This document shows positions 16,024 to 33,854 of a DNA stretch of 64,000 nt, in pieces. The stretch's first letter is position 1. Each line of letters opens with the position of its first letter. Below the pieces are notes generated by a model, which made no database searches, had not been told where the DNA came from, and saw only the letters and a program-made list of their open reading frames with translations. The position numbers and the translations under genes were made by a program. The DNA lies in the NCBI RefSeq assembly GCF_009914755.1, contig NC_060936.1; one strand, written 5' to 3'. The stretch comes from the human T2T-CHM13v2.0 reference genome, Homo sapiens.

Positions 16024-19000
16024 TGAGGGTTACCAAGCCCAGGGAGTTGCCTATGGAACTCTGCAAGGCTTGGTGCCCTGCTATGTCTAAATCTTAAACA
16101 AAAAATGGAGAAAACCTCTCTAAACTTGTTTCCTTCACCAAACAAAGCAATGTGTAATAAGTGTCACAGAATTAAGAGGGATAAATATAAAGAGAAAAGC
16201 CCTATAAGATGTAACTTGTTAACCTTGAGAGAAGGGAGAAAGGGCAGAAAAACTCAAGGTTAAGGAGGAAGAGGGAGAAAAAAATAAAGATGTACGATGT
16301 CTATTTGAGTGTACCTAGTAATTGCCTGATTGACAATCCCCAAACCCATTATACCCTTGCAATTGCTAGTGTATCTCCTAAAACTTATCCAATTCATGTC
16401 ACACTGATTTCTGAGTTTATTTTCCTTCCTCTTTCTCTTTGTCTTCTCTTTCATCTATTAATTTATTTATTCATTCATTTGTAACATTTATTGAGCATAA
16501 CTGTAGACTAGACATGAGGCTGGAGCCTGAAAATAGAGAGATGAGGCAGAGCCCTGTGCTCAGGGAGTTCAAAGTCTAGTAGGAGAGACCAACAAATAAA
16601 ACAGTAACCCAATCTGGTGTAATAAATGCTGTAATTGACAACCAAAATCTAAGAAAATTAGAGGAGGAAGATCACTTAAAGTGAGAGTGGGTTTTTTCTG
16701 AAGGGTAGAGCTGAGCTGAGTCTTGGAAGACTGAGTATTTTTGAAGGTATGAAAGTGTGAACAAGTATGGCATAAGAGGTCTCAGTACTTTAGTGTGGCT
16801 GCCTAGTGTAGCATGGTACAGAGGCGTGAAGGGGAGGTGCCATATGTTGAGGAGTTTGAGTTTTATCTTGAAGGTAATACAGAGAGAATACCAGTGCCCC
16901 CTGACCCCGCCAAAAAAAAAGTTTTACTTATAAAGCTTTTTGAAATGTTTTAAAAAATCATTTAAATCCTAATATATTTAGTAAATTTTATTTTCATATA
17001 TGCCCATGACACCAATATGATTGCCATCTCTGATTTAAAGTATGATACAAGGAGCTTCATAAAGAAACTGTAAAAATACAGAGAGGGAGGCATTGCATTG
17101 CATTTGGGTAACAACCAGAATGCATTTAGCTCCTCCATTACCAACAACCAGCTGCAACTGACCATAGCTTGGCAATTAAGAAACCCTATTTCTTCATTAT
17201 GGATAGAGAGTAGATATATTTCTTTTCAAGTTTTTATATTGCCCTCTGGTTAGCTACAGAGAAATAAAAAGCATTTTATCCTGCTGGTATTTACCTGAAT
17301 GATGTAAGCCTGGACAGTTGAGAATAATTCCCAGTGGGAAAATCTAAACAGCAGCTCATCAATTTAGCCTTTCCCATTCATCCTCAGTAGCGGTGTAGGC
17401 TGATTTCCCGCTTGTGCTTCTGACTTGCTAACAAGTTGAAATATACAGTACTGAACCCTGTGTGTCATGAAAGGGCTATCACTTCTATTGGGTTTACCAA
17501 ACCATTTTGTTTCATGATGTGAATCCCAGCTGAAACAATACACCTTTTGTGTAGAACCTTCAGCAGAATTAACGGAAGACTAATCACTTCATCGCTAATG
17601 CCACTCTTCAGTGTGTTTGAAGATCGAAACAGAGCTGCAACTATCTCTATGTAGTGAAGCTTTTTTAAAAAATAAAGAATAGACTTGAAAGAAAGAAATA
17701 ATATTTTTATTTTTATAACTCCTCTCCCCACAAAAAAAAAAAAAAAAAAGAAAAGAGAAACCCTTTATATGTGGCAATGAGTATCTGAAACGTTTGGTTA
17801 GTTACCACACACAGTTAAGCAGGATCAGTGTGTACAGAAAGCCAGTTCAGTGTCTGTAGAGTTCTTTTGTAGTTTTCTGTGTGAAGGTTTTTTTTCTCGT
17901 TTTGTTTTGAGTGTCATTTGCAATTCATTGTCTGTGTTTTCTGAGGTTGGTGTATTCAGCTGCTCTGACCCTGGGTCCTGCACATTTAGCTCCTTGGATA
18001 CAATCCTCTGACGTTACTGCTGACGCTAGGAAGACAAAAGCCACTGAATATCTTAAGTAATAAAAAAAAGCCTTTGTTACTGTTTGTTATTATAAAACAC
18101 CTGACTGGAAAGAAAAGCAGCGAGATAAAAGTACATTTAGAGTTGGCATATAATGCAGCAGCATTTCTCTGTGGACACTGAAATAGCTGCAGAAGTATTG
18201 AGCAAAGTCTGCTTGAAAAATGACAAAAGGAAAAAGGTCAGCAGAGGGAGAAAACCCACAGCAGATACCCAGGTCTGTAATGCAGACTTCGCACTTTGAG
18301 TAGGACTTCTCTGGATCGTTTTAATTCCTTGCAGTCTTGACAGCTGACAACTAAAACTCATACTCTATCCCATTTTTACTATGAGCCATTGCTAAACATT
18401 ATTTAAATTCAGAGCTTCTATGTGGATTTTCTAAAATAATATTTTAGTTGGTATTCATCTGTCTGCTGGTCCATGTATAACGTGCAAGATAGTAGCTCAG
18501 AATTAATTCACTAAATATTCTAGCCAATCTGGAAAATTTGCTCTCTACCATTCCCTACTATCCCTCCCACTCCCCCTACAAGAGAGTGAAGAAATGAGAG
18601 AAAGTCATTTTCTATCACTACGAAGGAGACCAAGGCCAGCACAAACCACAGAGATGGAAAGCCTTACCTTCTATGTAAGAGAGCTAATCCACGATAAAAC
18701 ACCAGCAGAGGGTGTTTTTTAAATCTTAGGCGCTTTATTAATAAAGTTCGAGTTTCCACACAGCATCTTACTGTGCCACTGAGAAGCACTTCTCCATGGG
18801 TATGGCTGTGTGTGTATTGTGACATGGCTCAGAGCAAGAAGTCAGGTGGACATCTGGAAATGGCTGGATCTCCAGGTCACTCGCTCAGCACTACCAGGAA
18901 GGGCTGTGTGTTGGAGCCGCATTTTGTGTCCTCTCATCGGCACCCGATGCCAAGTTCACATGAGCCACACTTTCATATCCTGCCCATTTATTAGTTGGCA

Positions 19001-19739
19001 GTCCTCTAGTGGAACACTTTCTCCTGTGTAAAGGATCATTCAGTTACTATCAGCTCAATTAATGAATATGCAGCACAGACCTTCCCAGACCTCAACAGTG
19101 GCTTCTTCTCACTACCCCTTCCTGCTTCAACTTCAAACTACTGGGACTTTTTTTAAAGCTCAGGAGTGAATGCAGCTTCTGTTTTTGTGTTTGTTTTTAA
19201 TAGATTTTATTCCTAAGTAGATAGTTTCTTCCTTTATGTTCCGCACTTTACAGTAGGCTGAGATGCACTAGAAATAGGCTGGAGAATTTTGAGACACTAA
19301 AAACACAATATACAAAGATCCTCATAAAATTTTGTTTCATTCTACACCTCCTCCCCCTTTCTGTTTGATTTGATTTTTAGCATATTTATTCTTTGTCCGT
19401 TTAAGGGTACAAAATGCAAAAAATGTTCTGGCCAAATTACCCCTGGAAATTATTTTTTGAATTCTGCTATTGGTTAAAAGTTTTTTTAATTATTATAGCT
19501 ATTTTAGGTTTAAGCTTATGTGGTATTTCCTAAGACTAGAATGTTAGCGATGAATATATACATATATATGGAGGTAAAATTGAGTACACTAAGTTTAGTA
19601 TGTAGGTTTGAGTGGGAGGTAGAATGGATAATATTACAGGGTAATAAGGTATGTATTTTTATTATTACTAATATTGTTAATATTGGTCATAAATAATGTT
19701 GCCACTTACTGAGTATCCAAATTCTTTACATACGTTATT

Positions 19740-19741
<2 letters not shown>

Positions 19742-19772
<31 letters not shown>

Positions 19773-20054
19773 AGATGGAGTCTTGCTGTCACCCAGGCTG
19801 GAGTGCAGTGGCACGATCACAACTCACTGTGACCTCCACTTCCTGGGTTCAAGGAATTCTCCTGCCTTAGCCTCCTGAGTAGCTGGGACTACAGATGCAC
19901 ACCACTATGCCCAGCTAATTTTTTTTTGTTTTTTAGTAGAGACAGGGTTTCACCATGTTGGCTAGGCTGGTCTCGAACTCCTGACCTCAGGTGATCCACC
20001 TGCCTTGGCCTCCCAAAGTGCTGGGATTACAGGTGTGAGCCACTGCACCCAGCC
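19742..20054 (-). mobile_element. AluS with 30-nt poly(T)
   Basis: Full dimer. Confidence 0.92.
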
Positions 20055-20332
20055 CATTTTTTTTTAATTACAATAATAATCCTTTGAAATATAATACATA
20101 CTTTTTTTTGTTCTGACAAGGAAGCTGAATCCCAGTTTTGTTGAGTAACATATAAAAGGTTTTCTATGTCTTCTATGTAATGTTACCTATAAAACTTACT
20201 AACATTCTTCTCAACCAAAACTAACTTCTTTTCTCATTTTTTTCCTGTCCATTGTGGATCACGATCAGGCTGCCTTTTCTGGTAGAATGTAAATTATAAG
20301 CCCCTCGAAGTCAGGAGCTCCGTTACTTATTA

Positions 20333-20689
20333 CAGGTTGAATATCCCTTATCTGAAATGCTTAGGACCAGGAGTGTTTCAGATTTTGGATTTTTTTGATT
20401 TTGAAATATTTGCATATACATAATAAGATATCTTGGGGATGGGACCCAAGTCTAAACACGAAATCCGTTTAAGTTTCATATACACTTTATACGCATAGCC
20501 TAAAGGTAATTTATACGATATTTTTAATAATTTTGTACATGAAGCAAAGTTTGACTAAGTTTTGACTACAACCCATCACCTGAGGTCAGGTGTGGAGTTT
20601 TCCACTTGTGGCGGCATGTTGGCGCTCAAAAAGTTTCTGGTTTAGGAGCATTTTGGACTTTGGATTTTTGACTAAGGATGCTCAACCTG
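20333..20689. mobile_element. Tigger4 family (MER46-like) element
   Basis: TIRs ta|caggttgaatatccctta ... taaggatgctcaacctg. Confidence 0.8.
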
Positions 20690-20694
20690 TGCTG

Positions 20695-21127
20695 CAGTTG
20701 ACTCTTGAACAACACAGAGGTTAGGAGCACCAACTCCTCTCACAGTTGAAAATCTGTGTATAACTTTTGACTCCCCTAAAGCTAACTACTAATAGCCTAC
20801 TGTTGACTGGAAGCCTTACCAATAACAGTCAATTAACACTTATTTTGTATGTGATATGTGTTATATACTATATTCTTACAATTCAAATAAGCTAGATAAA
20901 AGAAAATGTTATTAAGGAAATGATAAGGAAGAGAAAATATATTTATTGTTCTTTAAGTGGAAATGGATTATCATAAAGGTCTTTATCCTCGTCATCTTCA
21001 CACTGAGTAGGCTGAGGTGTAGAGGAAGGGAGAGATTGGTCTTGCTGTCTCAGGGGTAGTAAAGGCAAAAGAAAATCCATATATGAGTGAGCCCTCGCAG
21101 TTCAAATCCATGTTCAAGGGTCAACTG
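20695..21127. mobile_element. Tigger2 family element
   Basis: TIRs cagttgactcttgaaca ... tgttcaagggtcaactg|ta. Confidence 0.8.
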
Positions 21128-21249
21128 TATATCCTTTGTGTCTAGCATAGTGCCGGCTTAGTAGGGAATATAGTAAGTCATGTTTCAAAAATGAATGAAT
21201 GAATGAATCTCTGAGAATATTAAAATCATTAAGGAATCAGGGGTAGATT

Positions 21250-22945
<1,696 letters not shown>

Positions 22946-24289
22946 GGCGGGGGGGGAGGGGAGGGGAGGGAAGGAGAGGGGAGGAAATTTGGCAAAGGAA
23001 GATAGGAAAAAATAGCTAAATGCATAAAACTTCATTTTAATTTTTTCAGCATACATTTTCTAAGCTGTTTACATCCTTCCTTACCAAGCTTTTTCATGCT
23101 GCCTTATAAAAGAGCACTTTTTCAATATTTTAACTTACATTTGTTTACCTTGTAGTGCCAGCTTGTGACTTAAGAAAGTTGTTATCAAGAAAATAGGGCT
23201 TTTTAGAAAGATTATGCCTTAGTAAGTAAAGGGAATCATTGGAGACCATAGTACAGCAAAATGGGATAATAGAAGTAGAATGCAACTTATAGATATTCTC
23301 CTTGTGTTATTTTATATGTGTGTATATATATGTAACGCCCTTTTTAAGGAAGCTGAAAATACTAATAGGGGAATCAAAGTTTGAGCGTGTGCTGCACACA
23401 GGCAAGCCCTATCATTTGCTTGCCTGTTGCTTATTGGCAAAATGGTTAGTCAGCCATTCATTATTTTTATAAACATTTGGGAATCTGATAGCATTTTGAA
23501 GTTTTATGATATAGAATAGTTTATAAATTCTATTTTAACATTTTAACTTACACACCCATAGTCAGTGCTGCTAAAAATGCACGTACATGTATACTCTCAC
23601 AAGTTCTTTAAAAGGCCTTTAGAGAAAACTTTTTGATGTCATAAGCACTAAACATTTGCTAAACTATTTTGCTGTTCATCCATTCAGTGGTCAGTTGTAA
23701 TGCCTGAGAATTATGTTCTGGGCCTGGTAGCACAATTTATAGCAGGATCCAGTCTCTTTCACCATTGTTTAGAGGTGCAGCCATTTATGCTTCCCTGCTG
23801 CATAATAATGCGTGTCTCAGGTTTCAGAAGACATGTTTGGCAGCCTGGTGGGACATTGCCTGAACCCTTGTCTCCAGCTGAGTAAGGTATACAATTGGAA
23901 CTGAAATCTCAACATAAATTTTAAGTGATTTCATAAAAAAGGACAAACTTATTGTCAGTGAACTTTACCATAATCCCAGCAGTAGTAATCTTATTTCTAA
24001 AACAGTAAGTGATCTATTGCCAGGTATCCTGCCCAGTTTATTAGTTGGCACTAAAATAACATAAATCAATTGGCAATTTATAGTGCAACCTTGATAAAGT
24101 TCATGAGTTTCAGTTTGACTTGTTTTTCAGCTGAATCTTTTTAAGTTTTTAGAGATTTAAGCACATACTGTCATAAAAAGTATAATAGAATTCTTCAATT
24201 TAATTTGCTTGACATTTATTGAGCATCTATAATAAGCATGGCACTGCACTAGGTATTCCCTACATATGTACTATTTCTTTCAGTAGTAA

Positions 24290-24626
<337 letters not shown>

Positions 24627-25734
24627 TGAATAGCTTATTTTCATCCCCAAAATGAAATCATCATTGATTTAATGACATGAGTATGGAGAAAAAGTTAAAG
24701 GAAATAAATACTGAGTTTTGGTGTCTGCATACCCTAGGGTGTAACTCTGTGAAATGGCACTTAGGTACTTCGGAGTGTGTGTGTGTGGTGTGTATGTGTC
24801 ACTATGGAAGCGTGTGCAAGAGAGAGAGACTTAAAGCTGCCTTAGCTATTCACAGGGGGAGAAAAGAGATACCTAGGAGAAGTTAAAGAGGCTCAGTAGC
24901 CCACACTCAAGCTCAGCAGTAGAGCAAGCCTGAGTTTTCCAACTTTAACATCTCTTTGTAGCATCAGTTCTGTGTCCACAAGCCGAGGAGACTGAAAGAC
25001 TCATCTTCAGGCAGGTGCATGAACCCCAGTGTGTTTATAAGGGGAAATGAGAGAAAGGGTTAACATTCTGATTTCATGTTCAGTTGACAGTGACCCAATA
25101 ACACCCATCCGAGGAACAATCAGGTGGAAAGACTGATTGCTAAGGAGGGAAGAGCCCACCCCTGATTGGGCTGTACCCTAGATTTCTTAAGGAAGGGGCC
25201 AAGCCTTTTCTCATTTTATCTCCAGTTTTTGGCACAGAGTAGATGTTTATTAACTGCTTAATACATGAATCATCAAATAAATGCATAATCCACTCTTCCT
25301 TGCTCTCACTTGAATTCCTCTTTGTTCATTCTTTTTCTTCCCTTCTCTCCTGTATTCTTTTTCATTTAGAACTTTTGCAATTATTTCTTTTTATGGAATA
25401 TACCTGTTTATCCATTTTATAAGCTCCTCGGATGTGAACACTGGGCGTTGTTCTTACATTACCTCTCCCCAGCAGGCCTGGAACACGGTAGAACCAAATA
25501 AAGAATTGTTGATTGTGAAATTAACCAGTGGAAACTAAATCCCTCAAATGGGATAATGTAAATCCAAAAAGTCTAAATTATTTAGATTAAAATATACTTT
25601 ATATTTTTCCTTCTTTGTAGAACTTTAAATATTAGTGAGAAAAGTTGCTTTTGCAAGTTGTTAAGCCACCATGAGAGTATTGCTTTTGAAATGTTGAACC
25701 TGAAGATTTTGTTCATTTTAATTAGTGATGTTAA

Positions 25735-26031
<297 letters not shown>

Positions 26032-28452
26032 TGAATTTTCAAAACTAACACCAAAGTTGCTTTTTGCAGAATTAGATATAGGGATGATTAATGTAAAAAT
26101 CACTTGGTTAATGTCAGTTTTAAGTTATTTGAATTTTATGATATAGAAACAGGAGGTGGTTGGGTTTTGATGTTGGCTTTCTTGTCATTTTTAATGACTA
26201 GTATATTGAAATAATTTGTTAAACATACTACTACAGAATATTTTTCTCCTTTATTATTTTATTGGTTACGTGAGACAATCCTTCAAAAAGAAAAAAAATG
26301 TAAGAATGTGTTTGTTTTCCAGCAGGAATTACAGTATATGAAATATGTGTTTTCACTGTGTCTAGTGATACATATTATTAACAACAAACCTGTTTGAGAG
26401 GGCAGTAGCAATATTTGGATGTAAAAGGCTGTTTCTTATTTGTGTAACCTCATAATTTGGTAACTTCTTTGGCCAAGTGACGAAAGTTAAAAATACACGG
26501 CCACAAACTCTGGCGTGGAGTTTTTCTGCTTTTCTTTCTGTTTTTGACAATACTTTCACAAGTCACCACCTCGTGGTTTGTTAGACATCACCTGATCTGA
26601 AGTCTGACTTCTCTATTCATAATCTCGATTTCTCTTTTTCCTTCCTGGCGTACCCACTATGCCTTCCCCTTCCCTCTTTGTAGTTGCTAGGCAGCCATAA
26701 TAGTACTCCTAGACATGTGTCTTTGGCATTAATGTTGGCCACACTTAATTTATGCCTCTTTTTTTCCTCCAAATGACAACAGCCATGCTTTAAAACTAGA
26801 TGTTTTCCTTTCTGATTAACTGGTAACGTTTATGTGGAAATCTGAAGACTTTGTGATGTCTGTCAGAAACTCTGCAACCCAATTCAGTGATCTGAGTTTA
26901 CTATCCCCTAGCTTTTAAGCTATCACCTGTAAATAAAATGTCTGTTTACACTTTGAAGAAAACACTTCTTGATTTCATGCAGTTAAGATTCACATTGCAC
27001 TCCAGCATGTTGCAGTTAATGGCTACTGTATGAAATTTCAAGATCATGTAATGTTTCCAAACCAGCTGGCATTCTGAGCCGAGTTTATTATGGCCATACA
27101 CAATTTCCTAGGAGCCATGATGACTACGGCCTTGCTTAAAGACACAAATGTCTTCATCTGACGTCCAATTTTAGAAATTCGTTACTTCATCTCACAGTCA
27201 CCTTCATATTTAAAAAATTACATTACAGCCCTGAGATTTTATTTATAAATCCACTTTTACCTGATTGATTTCTAAAGTCACATTCTTAGATTTCTGTTTT
27301 TGGTGGAAAATTGTTAAGTGAAGGATTTTACTGCCATGCATTTATTTCATCAGTAATAAGCGGCATTTAATCCTGAGACATTTCTTATTTAAGTGAACTC
27401 TGGCATGGCTCAGTATATCCTGAGGAGATTAGTAAGAGAATCCAGTTTAAAATAACTGCTTGGCCAAAGGGAAAAAAGAAAGAAATGCAGCCACAGAATC
27501 AGGAAATTATAGTGTTGAAGGAATGACAGCTGTTTTGGGTAACTCTACAACTCATGGATTTTTTCTTTTAGGGATTCAGTGGTTGAGTTTTTTTGCCCCA
27601 CCCAAAGGTTTTTCTTCTGTCCTTTTTGCTTATTTTTCTTCCTTTTCTTTTCTGATCCATTGCTAGACAGCTTATTTTTCTTGATGTTTAGATTGTTAGT
27701 TGATTTCACAGCCTTTCCCTCATCCACTAGATAAATGCAATCTAAAAATGTAATTAAACTCCAATCTTTAGGGCAGAGGAGAACTATTTTTCCCATTGAA
27801 ATAATTTGATTATTTCTTTTTTCATTCTGTCTCTTCTCTGGAGAAAAATTATTGTTTTTACTTGTTGGCTTAGAACTTGCTCTAAATGCCAAATTTTAAA
27901 AAGGAAAACTTTCCAGGGAAGTTTAGCAGAAGTTATGCACCAAAAGGATGTGTATCCTGGCTCAGGAGTCAGTGGACTTGTGCTGTTCAACACAATTCTC
28001 AACTCTGCTGCCAACTTTTTGGATGACCTTGGCCACTTAATTTCTCTAGACCTCACTCCTAGTGCCTGTAAAACAGATAGGTTAAGCAGGTGATTTCTAA
28101 GGGCCTTTCCAATTCTAATATTCTATGGCTCTGTCCTCTGAAAGAATCACAGCGCCAGTCTTAGATTTCTCTCACCGTTCTCCAGTATGACAAGGTGTAT
28201 TCCATGCAGAAAATGGTTGTAGAGATTCCAGTGTTTACACAGACAGTAGGTAGGGGACAAGTCCTGTGCTGCTTCTTCAGATTATCAGATTTTTATTTGG
28301 TTTGTACTGGTCCCAGATTATTATCAAATACAGAGAAGTTTTGGGATTTGGGGGAGGGTGAGGTGGAGTGGATTGTTGAGTAGCACAAATCCATATTTCC
28401 TTATAGCTTTGGGTTACTGGTGGTTCTAATGCCCATCTTGGTTTCATTTTAG

Positions 28453-28611
28453 GCTTTGGGCGTTGCCTTGTATATAAAAATGCTAAATGTACGTTGAAAC
28501 GATACACCAATCAGACTTTTGATAAAGTGATGGGGCCCATGTTGGATGCTGCTACAAGGAAACCTATCTGGCGACATGAAATCTTAGATGCAGATGGTAT
28601 TTGTTCTCCAG
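28453..28611 (+). CDS. POLR3B: POLR3B exon (21), 159 nt, phase 1/1
   Basis: ttttag|GC TTT GGG CGT...CCA G|gtaaaa; FGRCLVYK...LDADGICSP. Confidence 0.96.
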
Positions 28612-29009
28612 GTAAAAGCCTTTTAAAAGAAAAAATTTTAATACTTTTTGACATCATATGTTATTCAATAATATTTCTGAATATTTGGCAAAAAGGGCAG
28701 AAAAAAGTAACAACCTATAAAACCACCATCCAAACTCAACCAATGAGGTCATTTTTGATGAATTTCCTTCCAGTCTGTTTTTCTATACACTATGTTTTTA
28801 CCTATCAGTAATCTATGCTAACTATAATTTTCTAGTTATAATTTTGAATAATAGAAAAGCCACTTTAAGGAAATATTTAGAGTAGTTTATGTCCCTGCAT
28901 CTGCACTGGTATTTCTTCATTTACACATTTAGCTTACAGACTACTTTAGAATTTTATCCCCCTGCAAAGGTATGACTCCATTATAATTACAAACTTGTAA
29001 TGCATTTTG

Positions 29010-29870
<861 letters not shown>

Positions 29871-30323
29871 TGGAGAGAACCCAGTTTGTGAGGAGGGAAA
29901 TCCACATGACTTTGTCATGGTTGGCCTGTGGGCGGTGAATGCTTTATCAAGCTGTGGTTCCAAAGAGACACAGAGTACGCGACTTCTCCTCCCTCCCTCT
30001 GCCTTTGTTTCTTGGAGAATTTTTCTCACCCTAACACTGGTCAGTATGGCTTGGAAAATACGCGCTGTGACAGTACTACAGGTAGTTGGTCTTTGAACTT
30101 ACCAGGAAGAGATACAAAGCAAAAATGGGAATAACAGCATAACCAAAGAAATATTTTGATTTCCTTGTTGCCCAAGTTAAATTGGTGGTGGCTTATTACT
30201 GGTTGAAATAACTATAAATAAAAATAAGTGACCAAAACTTAACACCCTAAGAGATATATAAAATTGCTATTTACTGAGATGATGTTTCTCATGTTCATGT
30301 AGTACTCTGAATTATTTTCTTAA

Positions 30324-30705
<382 letters not shown>

Positions 30706-31589
30706 TAATATGTAGAAAGGTTAGAAAAAGAGAAGAAATGGGAGAAATTCGAAGTTAGGTCTTGGCGTGTTGGAGAACTAGAAATAGCAATTTGGGGTAG
30801 CATTACTTGTCATGGAAAAAGCATGGCATAGAAGATAAAGCTAGTCTATGGAATCATATAGGCCCTAAACTGGGTTTGAGGTGTGGACCACATAGGCAGG
30901 GGTTCCTGGTGGAATTAACAACAGGATGAAGGGCACATGGCATAAAAGTGCCTGGGTTTTGGAGGATCAGTGTAGCTTGCTGGGGCTAGGTTGTGAAAGA
31001 GTTGGGAATTGATACTGCAGAGAGTGACATGATAAGAGTCATATTTTTAAACAGTAAAACACACTGGCCACAGCATGGCATCACAGTATACTAGAACATA
31101 GCCCAGCTCTAGTAGACGTTGTTTTGTGTATCTTACATGAGTAAAGCATTTAAATTCTGTTAGCTTCAGTTTTTTCATTTGTATAATACAATGAAAGAGT
31201 TAGACTTGTTAATCTCTAAATTTCTTCTAAGCTCTAAAATTTAATAAAATATGAACCTAGTGAGAAGGGCCAATGATAGTCACCACATTGTGATATAAAA
31301 ACCAAACTAGAAGAGATATCTAACCTAGCCAAGGTGAACTAGGCTGAGTTTAGGAGGTGGCAGTGAGGGTGACATAGGAGAACTGGATTCTTGAGTTGTG
31401 ATGGCAGTTTTACAAATGTATTCAATACACAGTAGCTGAGGCCTGCCATGTGCCAACCATCCTGCCTCTTGTGCCAGCGATATAGAGCTGAAATAAGCCA
31501 CAAGCGTTGCCTGCAATGAGTCATATTTAGTTGGCAAAGACCCCCACACAAAAAAAGTGCAATAATGACCATGATCATAATAGCATATT

Positions 31590-31820
31590 GGGAATTTACA
31601 CTGTACCAGTTACTGTTCTGGACATTTTACATGTGTTAGCTCAGTTAATCCTACCAGCATCCCAGGAGCTATGTTCTCTTAGTGGCTCATTAGAAAGATA
31701 AGATGGAAGCAAGGAGAAGTTAAGTAACTTACCAAGGTCACACAGCAATAAAGGGCAGCACCAGGATTTGAAGTCATGCAATCTGGCTTCAGAGCGCTTC
31801 TCTTGACCACTGTGCTAAAC
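31590..31820 (-). mobile_element. MIR
   Basis: gttaagtaacttaccaaggtcacacagc...ggatttgaa. Confidence 0.65.
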
Positions 31821-32414
31821 CCAGCAAAGCATTGTGGGTGCCACGGATTTGTCTCTGGAGGAGGAGCACCAAAGAGAAGATGGGCAGCTCTGCTTAGGGG
31901 ATGGGTCCAGACTCTACACTGACTTCTACAGTATGAAAAGCTATTTTGCAGTTACAGAGGTGCCTCTGCTGGTTGGCTCTCTTCCCGTCTTGAAGGAGGA
32001 TATCTCTTTTTCTGTGCAAAGTTCATCTCTCCTTTTGGTTTCTTAATTTCATTCACTCTTTTCAGAGACCTTTTTCTGTCATCTTCTCTTTTATCCTCCC
32101 ATATTTTCAACCTGTTTCCTATTGATTCCTTCTCCACAGGCTAGAAAATGTGCTCAGATACTTTTTACCTTTAAAGGAAAATGAAAGTTTTTCCTGGTCT
32201 TTGTGTCCCTTTCTAGCTGCCACTGTATTCCTCTTCCTTTCACTACGAAGCTCCTCAGAGCAATCATCTTGTCGTCTCCATTTCTACTTTGTTACCTTCC
32301 GCTTGCTCCCTAACCCTCGGAACTGGCCTCTTACCTACCTCCTCATTCTCCTGAAACAGCTCCAGAAGAGGTCACCAAAGACATCCTATGTGTTTGTTTC
32401 ATTCAAGAAATACT

Positions 32415-32703
32415 TTTTTTTTTTATTGAGATGGAGTCTCGCACTGTCATCCAGGCTAGAGTGCAATAGCACGATCTCGGCTCACTGCAGCCTCCACCTC
32501 CCAGTTCAAGTGATTCTCCTGCCTCAGCCTCCCGAGTAGCTGGGACTACAGGCACACACCACCACACTCAGCTAATTTTTTGTATTTTTACAAAAACAAA
32601 AAATACAATATGTTGTCCAGACTAGTCTCGAACTCTTCACCTCATGATCTGCCCACCTTGGCCTCCCAAAGTGCTGGGAGTCATAAGCCACCGTGCCCAG
32701 CCC
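32415..32703 (-). mobile_element. AluS with rearranged linker
   Basis: Dimer; linker-adjacent segment replaced (see findings). Confidence 0.88.
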
Positions 32704-33568
32704 TTAAAAAATACTTTTTGAGCACTAACAGTATGCCAGGAACTATTCCAGGCACATGGGATAGTGCAGGGAGGAAAACCAGCAGTCCCTGTCTTTGTGG
32801 GAATCACACCCCAGTGCAGGAAGACAAGAAGTAAAAAAGCAAAACCCATGTATAGTCGAACTTGCCAAATCAGACAGACTCTTTGATCGGAATCTTCTTG
32901 CAGACTGGGACTTTGTTTCTTTTTCACCTTGTACCCCCTAGTCTCTGGCATAGTACCTGGCACATAGTGGGTATTCAGTAAATAGTTATGTGAATGAATG
33001 AATTTCATATGACCCTTCTATAGCATTTGACACCACTGACCTCTCTCTTCCCTTGATGTTGTGACACTGCTCTCGCCTGGCCCTCCCTATCAGTCTAATC
33101 ACTCACTCTTAGCCTCCCATCCTGCCTGGCCTTGTGATGACTTCACCCTGGCCAAGATGACTCTTGAACCTCATCTGGACAAGCTCCCCAGTTCTCAGCA
33201 CTCCAGTCACCCTGTTTTTGCTGATGACTCCCATATAGACATCTGCCCAGTGTCAGCTTCATATCAGCACTTGGACAGCTTTACAGTGGTCCCAAACAGG
33301 CTCCTCCTCCTGGATCCCTGTCTTGGTAAATGGCATCAGCTGCCAGCAGCCAGCCAGTCACCAGCACAACCTGACTCCTTTCCTTTACCTGCCACACACA
33401 CCAATCCTGTCGTTCCTGTCATCTTAGCAGCTCTCTTCTCTCCCTCCTCCTGCTTCATGCTACAGTGTCTGCACTGTGGCCCTCTGCTCTGCCTGGAGTT
33501 CTTGTTAACTGTCCATCTGCCTCCAGGCTGGTACCACTCAGGGTCTCTCTGCATCACTGCTAGGGTGA

Positions 33569-33854
<286 letters not shown>

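Noticed and set aside
17671-17760. AATAAA plus A-rich tract as a processed pseudogene or real 3' end
   Set aside because: No TSD or upstream ORF; the genomic A-run is more likely an oligo-dT internal-priming artefact site
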